NCBI GenBank assembly: GCA_019058365.1
Contig: JAHPZE010000014.1
Coordinates: forward strand, 1-64,000
Source: Promethearchaeota archaeon
GTDB lineage: Archaea; Asgardarchaeota; Lokiarchaeia; Sigyniarchaeales; SOKP01
Direction: 5' to 3'
DNA length: 64,000 nucleotides
Positions 51,740 to 61,610 of the stretch are shown piece after piece (position 1 is the stretch's first letter; each line of letters opens with the position of its first letter). Below the pieces are notes generated by a model, which worked only from the letters and a program-made list of their open reading frames with translations, was not told the origin of the DNA and did not search any database. Position numbers and translations under genes: made by a program.

Positions 51740-53017
51740 TTAATTTTTCAATTCATCTATTTTGGCTTGCAATTCATGAATACCATTTCTTATTATGTTT
51801 TTTGCTATGAATGAAGATTCCTCTGCTTCTTTTTGCATTAATATCCTTGATTTTAAAGAGCATGCTTCTAAAAATGTGCTTTTGTTCTTTATACTTGAAC
51901 CGATAATTATAACATCCAGAATATGTAAAGCTAATTGGAGTTTTCCTTGTTTATATAGCTTTTCCGCGTGAAAAAGATATTTTTTTTCATCATTTATTGC
52001 TAAAAACTCCTCTGCGATCTCATTAGATTTAGCGGGAAAGAGATCAGTTGGATTTCCCGTTGTATACCATCCATGAAAAAGCCTATAAACAGCATGTATA
52101 GCAAATCGATAACAACCATATGCCGGATTCAAATATTTGTGTTTTTTAAACTTTTCAGGATAAATTTCAAGCATCTCATGATAAATTTGTTCGAACCATT
52201 TTCCTTCATTTAATCTTTTTACAACTTCATCATAAACAAAATGCATTACTTCTGCTCTAATTGATAAAGCTTCTTGAACATTTTTTTTGCCTTCTATAAG
52301 TGGTCCATGACCAGGTGCTAAGAACTTTGCGTCTTTTTCTAACATTTTTTCCATAGCTATAGCCCATTGTTTAGGGTAGCGTTGTACTTTAAATGGGTTC
52401 CCTACATTAGGGAATGTGGGATTCGATACTAATTCCCCAGGAAATAAAACTTCTTTTTCAGGTAAAAACATCCATAAGCTATCATCTGTTTCTCCTTTAT
52501 CGTGATAAAGCTCAAAAGAATAATTTCCTAATTTAAACTCATAATTGTTATTTCCATGAATTATTATTGTTGGGTTGAGTGTATCATGAGCAGAAACCCC
52601 CTCTTTTGGTATATTCCCTATTGAAGAAAATTGCTGATTATTAATCCAATTATGATATTTGTCTAATTCTCTATACTTCTCAAATCTATTTAAAATGTTT
52701 TCATGTGCAATGATTTGAGGCATCTCCCATCCTTTATCGTTTACTTCTTTAATGATCGACGCATATCCAAAAGAATGATCAAAATGCCCATGAGAATAGA
52801 TGATAAATCTTATTTGCTTATCTGAAAACTTTCGGATTTTATTGAATATACGACGATGAAATAATCTATTGGATAGATCAAAAACAACTAATCCTTCTTC
52901 AGTTTTTATCACACTAACATTGGCCCAAGCTCCAATAAGAAAACATGTATCATCTGCAAATGTCTTAGATGGAAAATTGCCGAACCATTGGTTCATAGCC
53001 TCTTCAGTTGAGCTCAT
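51740..53017 (-). CDS. Alkyl/aryl-sulfatase-like metallo-beta-lactamase-fold protein
   Basis: YSHGHFDH, GETDD, PNVGNPFKVQR, GWYTTGNPTDL dimerisation motif. Confidence 0.82.
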   Translation of the reverse strand: MSSTEEAMNQWFGNFPSKTFADDTCFLIGAWANVSVIKTEEGLVVFDLSNRLFHRRIFNKIRKFSDKQIRFIIYSHGHFDHSFGYASIIKEVNDKGWEMPQIIAHENILNRFEKYRELDKYHNWINNQQFSSIGNIPKEGVSAHDTLNPTIIIHGNNNYEFKLGNYSFELYHDKGETDDSLWMFLPEKEVLFPGELVSNPTFPNVGNPFKVQRYPKQWAIAMEKMLEKDAKFLAPGHGPLIEGKKNVQEALSIRAEVMHFVYDEVVKRLNEGKWFEQIYHEMLEIYPEKFKKHKYLNPAYGCYRFAIHAVYRLFHGWYTTGNPTDLFPAKSNEIAEEFLAINDEKKYLFHAEKLYKQGKLQLALHILDVIIIGSSIKNKSTFLEACSLKSRILMQKEAEESSFIAKNIIRNGIHELQAKIDELKN

Positions 53018-53040
53018 TATTTTTCTTGTAAATTTAACTT

Positions 53041-54006
53041 TTATGAATTGTAAAGATTTTGAATTATATCATTTGCTTCTTTCATTATTCGTTCAATTAA
53101 TTCTTTCACTGAGGGTATATCGTGGATTAATCCTATCCCTTGACCAACAGATATGATACCCGCAGATAAATCACCTTGTTCATACATAAGCTTCGATTTT
53201 GCACCAGCAGCAGCATTAAATATCTCCATTTGGTCACTTTTTGAGTTTTCTAACTCAAGAACTAGTTTAGCGGCATCATTGTCCCAAACTCGATGAGTAG
53301 CATTAAGAGATCGCATAATAATGGTTGTATCATAGATACTAGTATTTATTAAGGCTTTCTTTAAATTATCATGAATTGGACATTCTTGGGTGGTTAAAAG
53401 ACGAGTACCTATTAATGCTGCCTGAGCTCCTAATGCTAAAACAGCAGCTACACCTCTTCCATCTGATATCCCCCCTCCGGCAACAACAGGTACCTCTAAA
53501 GCGTCAATAGTAGCAGGTGTTAATACTATAGTACCAATATCATATCGCCCGGTAGCACCACCATTTTCCCAACCGACAACTTCTACAATATCAGCTCCTA
53601 ATGAAGCCGCTTTTTTCGCATATCTTACACCTGCACATTTATGAATCCAAATTATATCATTCTTTTTGAATAAAGGAATGTATTTATCTGGAGCTTCATG
53701 TCCCGATGTTTCAATAATTTTAACCCCTTCTTCGATCATAGCTTTAACTAGATCAATTTGTCTTATGGGTCTTAGCATAGGAAATAAATTTACATTTACA
53801 GCATAGGCTTTATCAGTTAGAGCTTGTAATTCATGGAGAGCTTCACGTAATGGTTCAGGTTTTCGATACATTACTGAGGCAAGAATTCCGAGTGCACCTG
53901 CATTTGAACATGCAGCAGCGAAAGAGGGATAACTTATATTCATCATATTTCCACAAAAAATTGGATATTTTATACCCAACATTTCTGTCACTTTTGTTTT
54001 CAACAT
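53041..54006 (-). CDS. Nitronate monooxygenase / FabK-like flavoprotein
   Basis: TEMLGIKYPI, GWENGG, VAGGGISDGRG, IGTR. Confidence 0.88.
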   Translation of the reverse strand: MLKTKVTEMLGIKYPIFCGNMMNISYPSFAAACSNAGALGILASVMYRKPEPLREALHELQALTDKAYAVNVNLFPMLRPIRQIDLVKAMIEEGVKIIETSGHEAPDKYIPLFKKNDIIWIHKCAGVRYAKKAASLGADIVEVVGWENGGATGRYDIGTIVLTPATIDALEVPVVAGGGISDGRGVAAVLALGAQAALIGTRLLTTQECPIHDNLKKALINTSIYDTTIIMRSLNATHRVWDNDAAKLVLELENSKSDQMEIFNAAAGAKSKLMYEQGDLSAGIISVGQGIGLIHDIPSVKELIERIMKEANDIIQNLYNS

Positions 54007-54108
54007 GGGTTTATTACTTCTTTTTTATTATATTATAAGTATTTAATTTAATATGATTAATAGAATCTCTTACTGTAAAAATTAAAAACTTCATTTTCTA
54101 GGGTGTCT

Positions 54109-54786
54109 CTAATTTAACTTAAACATTCTTAAAATATCTTCAATACTAATCTCTGTTAAATCCTTTATAATTAAATGAGCATTAAGAAGTTCTTCCTTAT
54201 TGTGTGTTGTTGTAAGGGCAATTGGTATCATTTCTGCTCTCATAGCTGCTTCTATACCAACTGGCGCATCCTCAATAACTATACAATTTTTTGGGTTGAT
54301 ATTTAAAGTCTTAGCAACAATTAGGAAAACGTCTGGTTCTGGTTTTCCTTTCTTAACTTCTGCCGCGGTAATAATAACATCAAAATAATGTTTTATTTTT
54401 AAACTTGTCAATACCAAATCTACATTTTCAGAAGGACCACTCGAACCTACAGCTAATTTAAACCCTTTAGATTTTAGATCAGCTAGAATTTTCATAACTC
54501 CGGGTAAAGGTGCTAATTTATCCTTTACAATTTCTCGATAATTTTTCTCTTTAATATTAGCCCATTTTTCTATAAGAACTTCATCTGGATCTGGACCTAC
54601 TAATTTTCGAGTAATTGTGGGAGATTGTTGACCAAAGGTCTCTTCAAAAAGCTCTCTTGTAAACTCTACTCCTATAAATCTTCCTAAATTTACCCAACTC
54701 TCAAAATGAATAGGACCTGTGTCAGCAAGAACACCATCCATATCAAAGATAACGCAATAATGTGAATAAATTGCATTATATTTCAT
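54109..54786 (-). CDS. HAD phosphatase (beta-phosphoglucomutase-like)
   Basis: FDMDGVL, KPEPD, IEDAPVG. Confidence 0.88.
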   Translation of the reverse strand: MKYNAIYSHYCVIFDMDGVLADTGPIHFESWVNLGRFIGVEFTRELFEETFGQQSPTITRKLVGPDPDEVLIEKWANIKEKNYREIVKDKLAPLPGVMKILADLKSKGFKLAVGSSGPSENVDLVLTSLKIKHYFDVIITAAEVKKGKPEPDVFLIVAKTLNINPKNCIVIEDAPVGIEAAMRAEMIPIALTTTHNKEELLNAHLIIKDLTEISIEDILRMFKLN

Positions 54787-54936
54787 CTCAAATCAATCTT
54801 ATCCATAAAAGCTTAAAATCTAATCTTTTGCAGTATTTAAAATTTTAAAATTTCAATTAGAAATTAGTTTATATATTAAGAAGACATAATTAAGAATTAA
54901 AAAAGTGGGTATTAAACTTTTAAAAGTTGGACAATT

Positions 54937-57900
54937 ATGAAAAAGGAATTAAGAATCATGTCTTTATTGGGAATTTTTGCATTTCTATCTTTAACTATTT
55001 TCGTTTCAGATATTTTTAACGAATTCAATTTTAATACTAAAAATCGCTTAGAAAATTCAGGATTTTGGGATCTTACCAGTACTCCAATCCATATCAATGA
55101 CTTAAATCCTAGCATTAATTGGAGTAGAACTGCTGCTGATAATGAGTGGTGTAGTGGATCAGGAACTTGGAGTGATCCCTATCTTATTGAAAATATCACT
55201 ATAGATGATTTATTTAGTGGAAGTTGTATATGGATTGAAAATTCTGAAGTCCCATTCATAATTAGAAATTGTACTTTTATAAATAGTGGAAGAGGCGCAG
55301 TTTGGCCTGATTCTGGAATAAGATTTAATAACGTCAGCAATGGGCGTATAGAGAATAATACAATTTACTTAAATGAATTTTATGGACTTTCAATACTAGA
55401 CGGGAGTAAGAATAATACTATTACAAAAAATAATATTAATAATAATGATGATGGTGGATTGTATTTAGGGTATTCTAGTAATAATAATATTTTTAGTGAT
55501 AATAATTTCAATTATAACTATTTTGGAGGTTTTTATATTTATCATTGTAATTTTAATAATTTTTCAGGAAATACCATTAAGCAAACCACGAGTGATCAAA
55601 CTAGAGAGATAACAATTACTGGGCAAAACAATACTTTCTCAGGAAATATGTTTGAAAACTGTGGAATCTATCTTCAACCTTGGGATGAGCCATTAAGCGA
55701 ATTATCTTCTCATTTGATTGATATAACAAATTTAGTTAATGGGAAACCAATATATTATTATGCAAACAAAAGTTTTCTGATAAAGGATAATTTCACCAAT
55801 GCGGGGCAAGTTATCTTAGTAAACTGTGAATTTTGTGAAATATCAAGTCAAAATATATCTAATAGTGGACGTGGTATATTATTCTATTATAGTCATAATA
55901 ATACTATTTTTAACAATAGTATTAGTAATTCTTTTGCTGAGGAAATTTCTGTATATAAATCTGATCAAAATAATATATCTCATAATTTAATTAGTAATAT
56001 TGGGGATTCTATAGGCATTACTTTAAGCTATTCTAATAAAAATAATGTCTCATTAAATCAAATTTTTGATTGTAATACTGCTATAGATATAAATACGGGT
56101 TATTGGAATACAATAAGCTTTAATAATTTAACAGATAATTACAGAGGTGTAGATATTTACCACGGAGAACTTACAGATATGAATAATACAATTAAAAAAA
56201 ATATAATTTCAGATAATGATCAAGGTATCTATGTACAAAACGCCAATACAAATGGAAATACAATATTTTTTAACTATTTTATCACAAATAGCATAAATGC
56301 ATATGATAATGGAGATTATAATTATTGGGACAATGGATCGTTAGGAAATTACTGGGATGACTATGTGGGGAATGATTCTAATGATGACGGAATTGGTGAA
56401 ACCCCATATATTGTATCAGGGGCAGGTGGGAATCAAGATAATTTTCCTCTATGGGATGATGGTCATAATGGAAGTAAAATATTCATAGATGATGGTTCTT
56501 CAAATAATTGGAATTGGGCTAGTAAACATACTTGGTGTACAGGTTCTGGAACATTGAAAGATCCCTATATAATAAAAAATTGTAATATCGATGGTAATAA
56601 TTCGGGTAGTTGTATCTACATAAAGAATTCAAATGTATATTTTAGAATTGAGAATTGTACTGTTTATAATTCACAGAGTGTAGATGGTATATATCATGCT
56701 GGCATCTTATTAGAGGATACATCTAAAGGAACAATAATAAATACTACCACTTCTTATAATAATGGGAATGGGATTTCCCTTGATGGATCTCATAATATTA
56801 CAATTCAAGGATGTTTTATTAATGATAATATTAATTATGGAATTTCTCAGATTTGGAGTAGTTATAATATCACAATAATTAATAATACTATCAACAATAA
56901 CAATAGGGGAATCTTTACCTCTTCTGCTGCCCAAGATGATAAGATTATAGGAAATGTTTTTAAAAGCAATACTGAAGCTGCTATTTACTTTAACCCTGGT
57001 TCTTATAGTTTAATTGAAAGAAATAAAATTACAGGCAGTTTTAGGGGAATTCATTTATGGGGAAACAATAATACCATTTTATTTAATGATATCTATTCTA
57101 ATTCATATGGAATTTACTTTAGTCCTGGAATGGATACATGGAATAATACAATAGCTCATAATTCAATTTATAATTCATTTTCATATGCTATCTATTTAGA
57201 AGGCTCTAATGACCGATTTAACATTTTTTATAACAATTCATTTACAGGAAATGGAAATAATGCTTATGATGATGGTTATGGTAATTATTGGGATAATGGT
57301 ATAATTGGGAATTATTGGGATGATTATAGCGGGGAGGATGCAAATGATGATGGTATTGGAGAAGATCCATACGTCATTACTGGATTAGCTTTAAGTCAAG
57401 ATAATTTCCCTATTTGGGACGATGGTCATAATGGTAGTAAAATTGTTATTGATGATAGTGCATCTAATAACTGGGTTTGGGCTAAAACTCGAACATGGTG
57501 TTCAGGCTCGGGAACTTTTAATGATCCGTATATAATAAGAGAGTGTATAATTGATGGAAATAACTTAACCAGTTGTATCCAGATTAGTAATTCGATTGTA
57601 TATTTTAGAATTGAAAATTGTAGCATTTTTAATTGTTCTTCAGGGCAAGCGGGGATCAAATTATTAAATGTGCTTAACGGACAATTATTAAATAGTAATT
57701 GTTCAAATAACATAGGCTATGGAATATATTTATCCGACAGTCATAATAATACTATTTCAGGAAATATCGCAAATTATAATGATGAATTTGGGATATTTCT
57801 AGAAGCAAGTGATAATAACACCCTTTCAGGAAACGATTTAAATGAAAATTTTTATGGTATTTATTTAGGATTGAGCAACAACAACACAATTTCAGAAAAT

Positions 57901-60900
57901 TCTGCTAATAATAATGATTGGCAAGGAATCTATTTATCTTCTTCGAGTAATAATAATACGATTCTAAATAATAACGTAACCTGTAATAATGACAATGGAA
58001 TATTTATAGATTCCAGTACTTATAATAAGCTATTTGGAAATATTGCTGACAATAACGGATGGAATGGCTTACTTCTATGGAAAAGCATTGGAAATATAAT
58101 TAGAGGAAATATAATAAGTTATAACGTTTTTGCCGGTGTTTATTTATATAGAAGTAATAATACTGAAGTTATAGAAAATAATTTCATTGGAAACTTATAT
58201 AATATTTACGAAATAGGATGTGAAAATAATAATTTTGTTTTAAATTATTACGATGGAATACTTACTCCATTTGTTATAGATAATAATGGAGGTGGTGATC
58301 TTACATGGCTAGAAGCGGTTAATCTGTTTGTTTGGTGTACAGGTTCAGGCAGCTACTCTGATCCATATATAATACAAAATTTAATTATCGATGGTCAAAA
58401 TTCAAGTAGCTGTATAGAAATTAGAGATTCTGATGTGTACTTTTACATCATTAATTGTTCATTCTATAATTCTGGTAATGGTTTATATAATGCAGGAATT
58501 GAACTTGCAAATGTAATTAATGGACAATTGATAACTAATAATTGTTCAAATAATAATGGTATTGGAATTGGTTTATACCAGAGTCAAAATGTTACTATTG
58601 ATGGAAACATAGTAAACAATAATGAGGAGTCTGGAATCTTTTTAGAAGTAAGTCATAATAATATTCTTTCGGCAAACACCTTAAATGAGAATTCTGATGG
58701 AATATATTTAGGTTTAAGTACCAACAACACTATTTCAGAAAATTCAGCTTTTAATAACGACCAAAGAGGGATTTATTTATCATCTTCATCCAATAATAAT
58801 ACAATTCTAAATAACAATTTTACCTATAACGGTCAAGATGGAATATTTATATCTTATAGTTATAATAATACAATTATAGGAAATAATGCAGACTATAATG
58901 ATTATGGAATTTCGGTATGGAATAGCAATAATAATACAATCATAGGTAATACTTTAAGTAATAACGATTTTATCGGATTATGGTTATATAAAAGCAATAA
59001 TACGGATGTCATATGCAACACATTCTTTGGGAACTCAAATAAAAATATCAAAGAATCTGAAACTAAAAATAACTTTTTTAATTGGAATTATTTAGATGGA
59101 ATTTTTTCTCCATTTATCATTGATGATGATGGAGGGGGAGATTTTACTTGGACAGAACTAAAATCTCTATTTTTTTGGTGTACGGGATCAGGTAATTATT
59201 TCGATCCGTATATAATAAATAACTTGATAATTAATGGCAAAAATTCAAGTAGCTGTATAGAGATTAGGGATTCTATGGTATTTTTTAAGATCGAAGGTTT
59301 TACGCTTTATAATTCCAGTTCAGGTTTATCTAATGCAGGAATTAAATTAACAAATGTAGTCAATGGACAATTGATAAACAATAACTGTTCTAATAATAAC
59401 GGTAATGGTATACAATTATCCAACAATCAAAATGTTACTATTGATGGAAACATAGTAAACAATAATGAGGAGTTTGGAATCTTTTTAGAAGTAAGTCATA
59501 ATAACACTCTATCGGGAAACACTTTAGATGAGAATTATGGGGGAATTCTTTTAGTATCAAGCAGCAATAATACTATTTCAGAAAATTTTGCTTATAATAA
59601 TGGCTGGCAGGGGTTCTACCTATCTTCCTCAAGCAATAATAATATAATTTTAAATAATAACTTAACTTACAATAACGAGAATGGAATATTTGTAGATTCC
59701 AGTAATTATAATACAATTACAGGAAATATCGCAGATCATAACAGTGAGAATGGGATATTTGTAGAGTCCAGTATTTATAATACAATTACAGGAAATATCG
59801 CAGATCATAACAGTGAGAATGGGATATTTGTAGAGTTCAGTAATTATAATACAATTACAGGAAATATCGCAGATCATAACGGTGGGAATGGGATATTTGT
59901 ATGTGAATGCAATGATACTACAGTTGCAAGAAATAAAGCAAATTATAACACTTTTGCGGGATTGTATTTAATGAGCAGCAATAATACTGAAGTTATAGGT
60001 AATATTTTCATTGGAAACTTATATACTATCTCTGAAAGTGATGGTGTAAACAATAATTTTAACTGGAATGTTGAAGATGGCTTCACAGATCCAATTATTA
60101 TAGATGATACTGGTATAGGAAATTTTACATGGGGTGAAAGTCTTAATTATTTAGCGTGGATTTATGGTTCTGGGACTTTAATTGATCCATATATAATTGA
60201 ATTAATTACAATTGATGGTCTGAATTTAACTAGTTGCCTTACAATTAGAAATTCTAATGTTTATTTCAGGATACAAAATTGCACTTTTTATAATTCTGGC
60301 TATAATCTCTATGATGGGGGAATTAAACTAAATTCGACATTAAATGGAGAATTGAAGAATAATAATTGCTCATTTAATAATGCAAATGGAATTATCTTAG
60401 ATTCATGTCAATCTATTGTTATTACCGAGAATTCAATTAATAACAATCAGAGATCTGGACTCGTATTAATTGATTGTAGTAATATTGATATCATTAATAA
60501 TAAGGAGACAATCAACTTTAACGAGCTTTATGGTATTTATTTATTTAATAGTCATTACAATGATATAACGAATAATACAATAAATAACAATGGAATAGGA
60601 ATTTTTCTTAATCAGTCTAATTATAATTCCATTGATTGGAATACTCTATTAAATAATGGTCAAGCAATTGTAGACAATGGTGTAGGAAATATTATTGGTT
60701 TAAATAATGTTTTACCTGGTACGGTAAGTGAATTTCCTTTTGATATCTTAATTATAATTCTGATAATTGGATTAGTTGTTGTAGGAGTTACAGGAGCAAC
60801 AATAGTAATAAAAAAGAAAAGGTCAATTCCAGCTAAGAAGGAAAAAGAATTAAGTGAGAAAAAGAAGGAGAAAATTAGAATTAAGCTTGAAGGAAAACTG

Positions 60901-61557
60901 GATTTTGTTGACTATCTTATAAGGGAAAGGAACATTAAATTAGCTTATAAAAATCTAGGAAAAATTCAAGATACAGCGGATTTGTATGATTTCTTTGATA
61001 TTTTTAATAAAGCGAATGAAAGAGTTGATCATTGTAAGGAGATTGAAGCAAGTATTTCTAAAGCAGTGATAGAAGAAGAAGTTTCTCGCCATGTTAAAGA
61101 AAGAGAAGTAAAAGAAGTAGTTATACCTCCACCTATAATAAAGAAAGAGGAAGAAAAGAAGTACAATTTATTTATTAGTTATTCTACTGTTGATAGAGAC
61201 TATTTTCAAATATCAAAGATTGTAGAAGAGCTTAAAAAGTATCCTAATATCAGCCAAATCTCATATTGGGAACGAGACAGTAAAGCAAACATTGTAGAGT
61301 TCATGGACGAGACGCTTGAAGTAAGTAATACCTTTCTACTCTTTTGTAGCGAACATTCTGTAAATTCTAAAGCTGTAAAAGATGAATGGCAGGCAGCTTT
61401 CCAAATGAGAAAAGAAGGTTTGATAAAACTGATTCCCGTATATGAAGAACAAAAGCACATTCCAAAAATATTATGGCATCTACTAAATGTCAAATATGAT
61501 AAAGATAATTTTAAGAGCTTTATCGAAAATCTCTATAAGGAAATTATGAGAGAATAA
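54937..61557 (+). CDS. Giant surface receptor-like protein: six NosD/right-handed beta-helix modules, TM helix, cytoplasmic TIR domain
   Basis: N-terminal signal/TM; six W(C/I)xGSGxxxDPYxI modules with PbH1-type Asn ladders; TM about 60745-60810; C-terminal LFISYS...S...VKDEW...LIPV TIR pattern. Confidence 0.82.
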   Translation: MKKELRIMSLLGIFAFLSLTIFVSDIFNEFNFNTKNRLENSGFWDLTSTPIHINDLNPSINWSRTAADNEWCSGSGTWSDPYLIENITIDDLFSGSCIWIENSEVPFIIRNCTFINSGRGAVWPDSGIRFNNVSNGRIENNTIYLNEFYGLSILDGSKNNTITKNNINNNDDGGLYLGYSSNNNIFSDNNFNYNYFGGFYIYHCNFNNFSGNTIKQTTSDQTREITITGQNNTFSGNMFENCGIYLQPWDEPLSELSSHLIDITNLVNGKPIYYYANKSFLIKDNFTNAGQVILVNCEFCEISSQNISNSGRGILFYYSHNNTIFNNSISNSFAEEISVYKSDQNNISHNLISNIGDSIGITLSYSNKNNVSLNQIFDCNTAIDINTGYWNTISFNNLTDNYRGVDIYHGELTDMNNTIKKNIISDNDQGIYVQNANTNGNTIFFNYFITNSINAYDNGDYNYWDNGSLGNYWDDYVGNDSNDDGIGETPYIVSGAGGNQDNFPLWDDGHNGSKIFIDDGSSNNWNWASKHTWCTGSGTLKDPYIIKNCNIDGNNSGSCIYIKNSNVYFRIENCTVYNSQSVDGIYHAGILLEDTSKGTIINTTTSYNNGNGISLDGSHNITIQGCFINDNINYGISQIWSSYNITIINNTINNNNRGIFTSSAAQDDKIIGNVFKSNTEAAIYFNPGSYSLIERNKITGSFRGIHLWGNNNTILFNDIYSNSYGIYFSPGMDTWNNTIAHNSIYNSFSYAIYLEGSNDRFNIFYNNSFTGNGNNAYDDGYGNYWDNGIIGNYWDDYSGEDANDDGIGEDPYVITGLALSQDNFPIWDDGHNGSKIVIDDSASNNWVWAKTRTWCSGSGTFNDPYIIRECIIDGNNLTSCIQISNSIVYFRIENCSIFNCSSGQAGIKLLNVLNGQLLNSNCSNNIGYGIYLSDSHNNTISGNIANYNDEFGIFLEASDNNTLSGNDLNENFYGIYLGLSNNNTISENSANNNDWQGIYLSSSSNNNTILNNNVTCNNDNGIFIDSSTYNKLFGNIADNNGWNGLLLWKSIGNIIRGNIISYNVFAGVYLYRSNNTEVIENNFIGNLYNIYEIGCENNNFVLNYYDGILTPFVIDNNGGGDLTWLEAVNLFVWCTGSGSYSDPYIIQNLIIDGQNSSSCIEIRDSDVYFYIINCSFYNSGNGLYNAGIELANVINGQLITNNCSNNNGIGIGLYQSQNVTIDGNIVNNNEESGIFLEVSHNNILSANTLNENSDGIYLGLSTNNTISENSAFNNDQRGIYLSSSSNNNTILNNNFTYNGQDGIFISYSYNNTIIGNNADYNDYGISVWNSNNNTIIGNTLSNNDFIGLWLYKSNNTDVICNTFFGNSNKNIKESETKNNFFNWNYLDGIFSPFIIDDDGGGDFTWTELKSLFFWCTGSGNYFDPYIINNLIINGKNSSSCIEIRDSMVFFKIEGFTLYNSSSGLSNAGIKLTNVVNGQLINNNCSNNNGNGIQLSNNQNVTIDGNIVNNNEEFGIFLEVSHNNTLSGNTLDENYGGILLVSSSNNTISENFAYNNGWQGFYLSSSSNNNIILNNNLTYNNENGIFVDSSNYNTITGNIADHNSENGIFVESSIYNTITGNIADHNSENGIFVEFSNYNTITGNIADHNGGNGIFVCECNDTTVARNKANYNTFAGLYLMSSNNTEVIGNIFIGNLYTISESDGVNNNFNWNVEDGFTDPIIIDDTGIGNFTWGESLNYLAWIYGSGTLIDPYIIELITIDGLNLTSCLTIRNSNVYFRIQNCTFYNSGYNLYDGGIKLNSTLNGELKNNNCSFNNANGIILDSCQSIVITENSINNNQRSGLVLIDCSNIDIINNKETINFNELYGIYLFNSHYNDITNNTINNNGIGIFLNQSNYNSIDWNTLLNNGQAIVDNGVGNIIGLNNVLPGTVSEFPFDILIIILIIGLVVVGVTGATIVIKKKRSIPAKKEKELSEKKKEKIRIKLEGKLDFVDYLIRERNIKLAYKNLGKIQDTADLYDFFDIFNKANERVDHCKEIEASISKAVIEEEVSRHVKEREVKEVVIPPPIIKKEEEKKYNLFISYSTVDRDYFQISKIVEELKKYPNISQISYWERDSKANIVEFMDETLEVSNTFLLFCSEHSVNSKAVKDEWQAAFQMRKEGLIKLIPVYEEQKHIPKILWHLLNVKYDKDNFKSFIENLYKEIMRE
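59677..59901 (+). repeat. Near-perfect 69-bp in-frame tandem repeat (about 3.25 copies, one beta-helix coil each)
   Basis: Units start at 59677, 59746, 59815 and 59884; consensus peptide ENGIFVxxSxYNTITGNIADHNS. Confidence 0.9.
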
Positions 61558-61610
61558 GAGCAGTTCTCTCCCTCATTTTTTCCATTTTTTGATAATTAAT
61601 AATTATTTTT

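Noticed and set aside
59677-59901. Tandem repeat as a CRISPR array
   Set aside because: Units are contiguous, in-frame 69-mers with no unique spacers.
2892-61493. Numerous short antisense or overlapping ORFs in the track (e.g. 2892-3371, 8858-9265, 34825-35130, 47000-47350, 57426-57713)
   Set aside because: They are shadows of well-supported genes on the opposite strand or frame and have no recognisable motifs.
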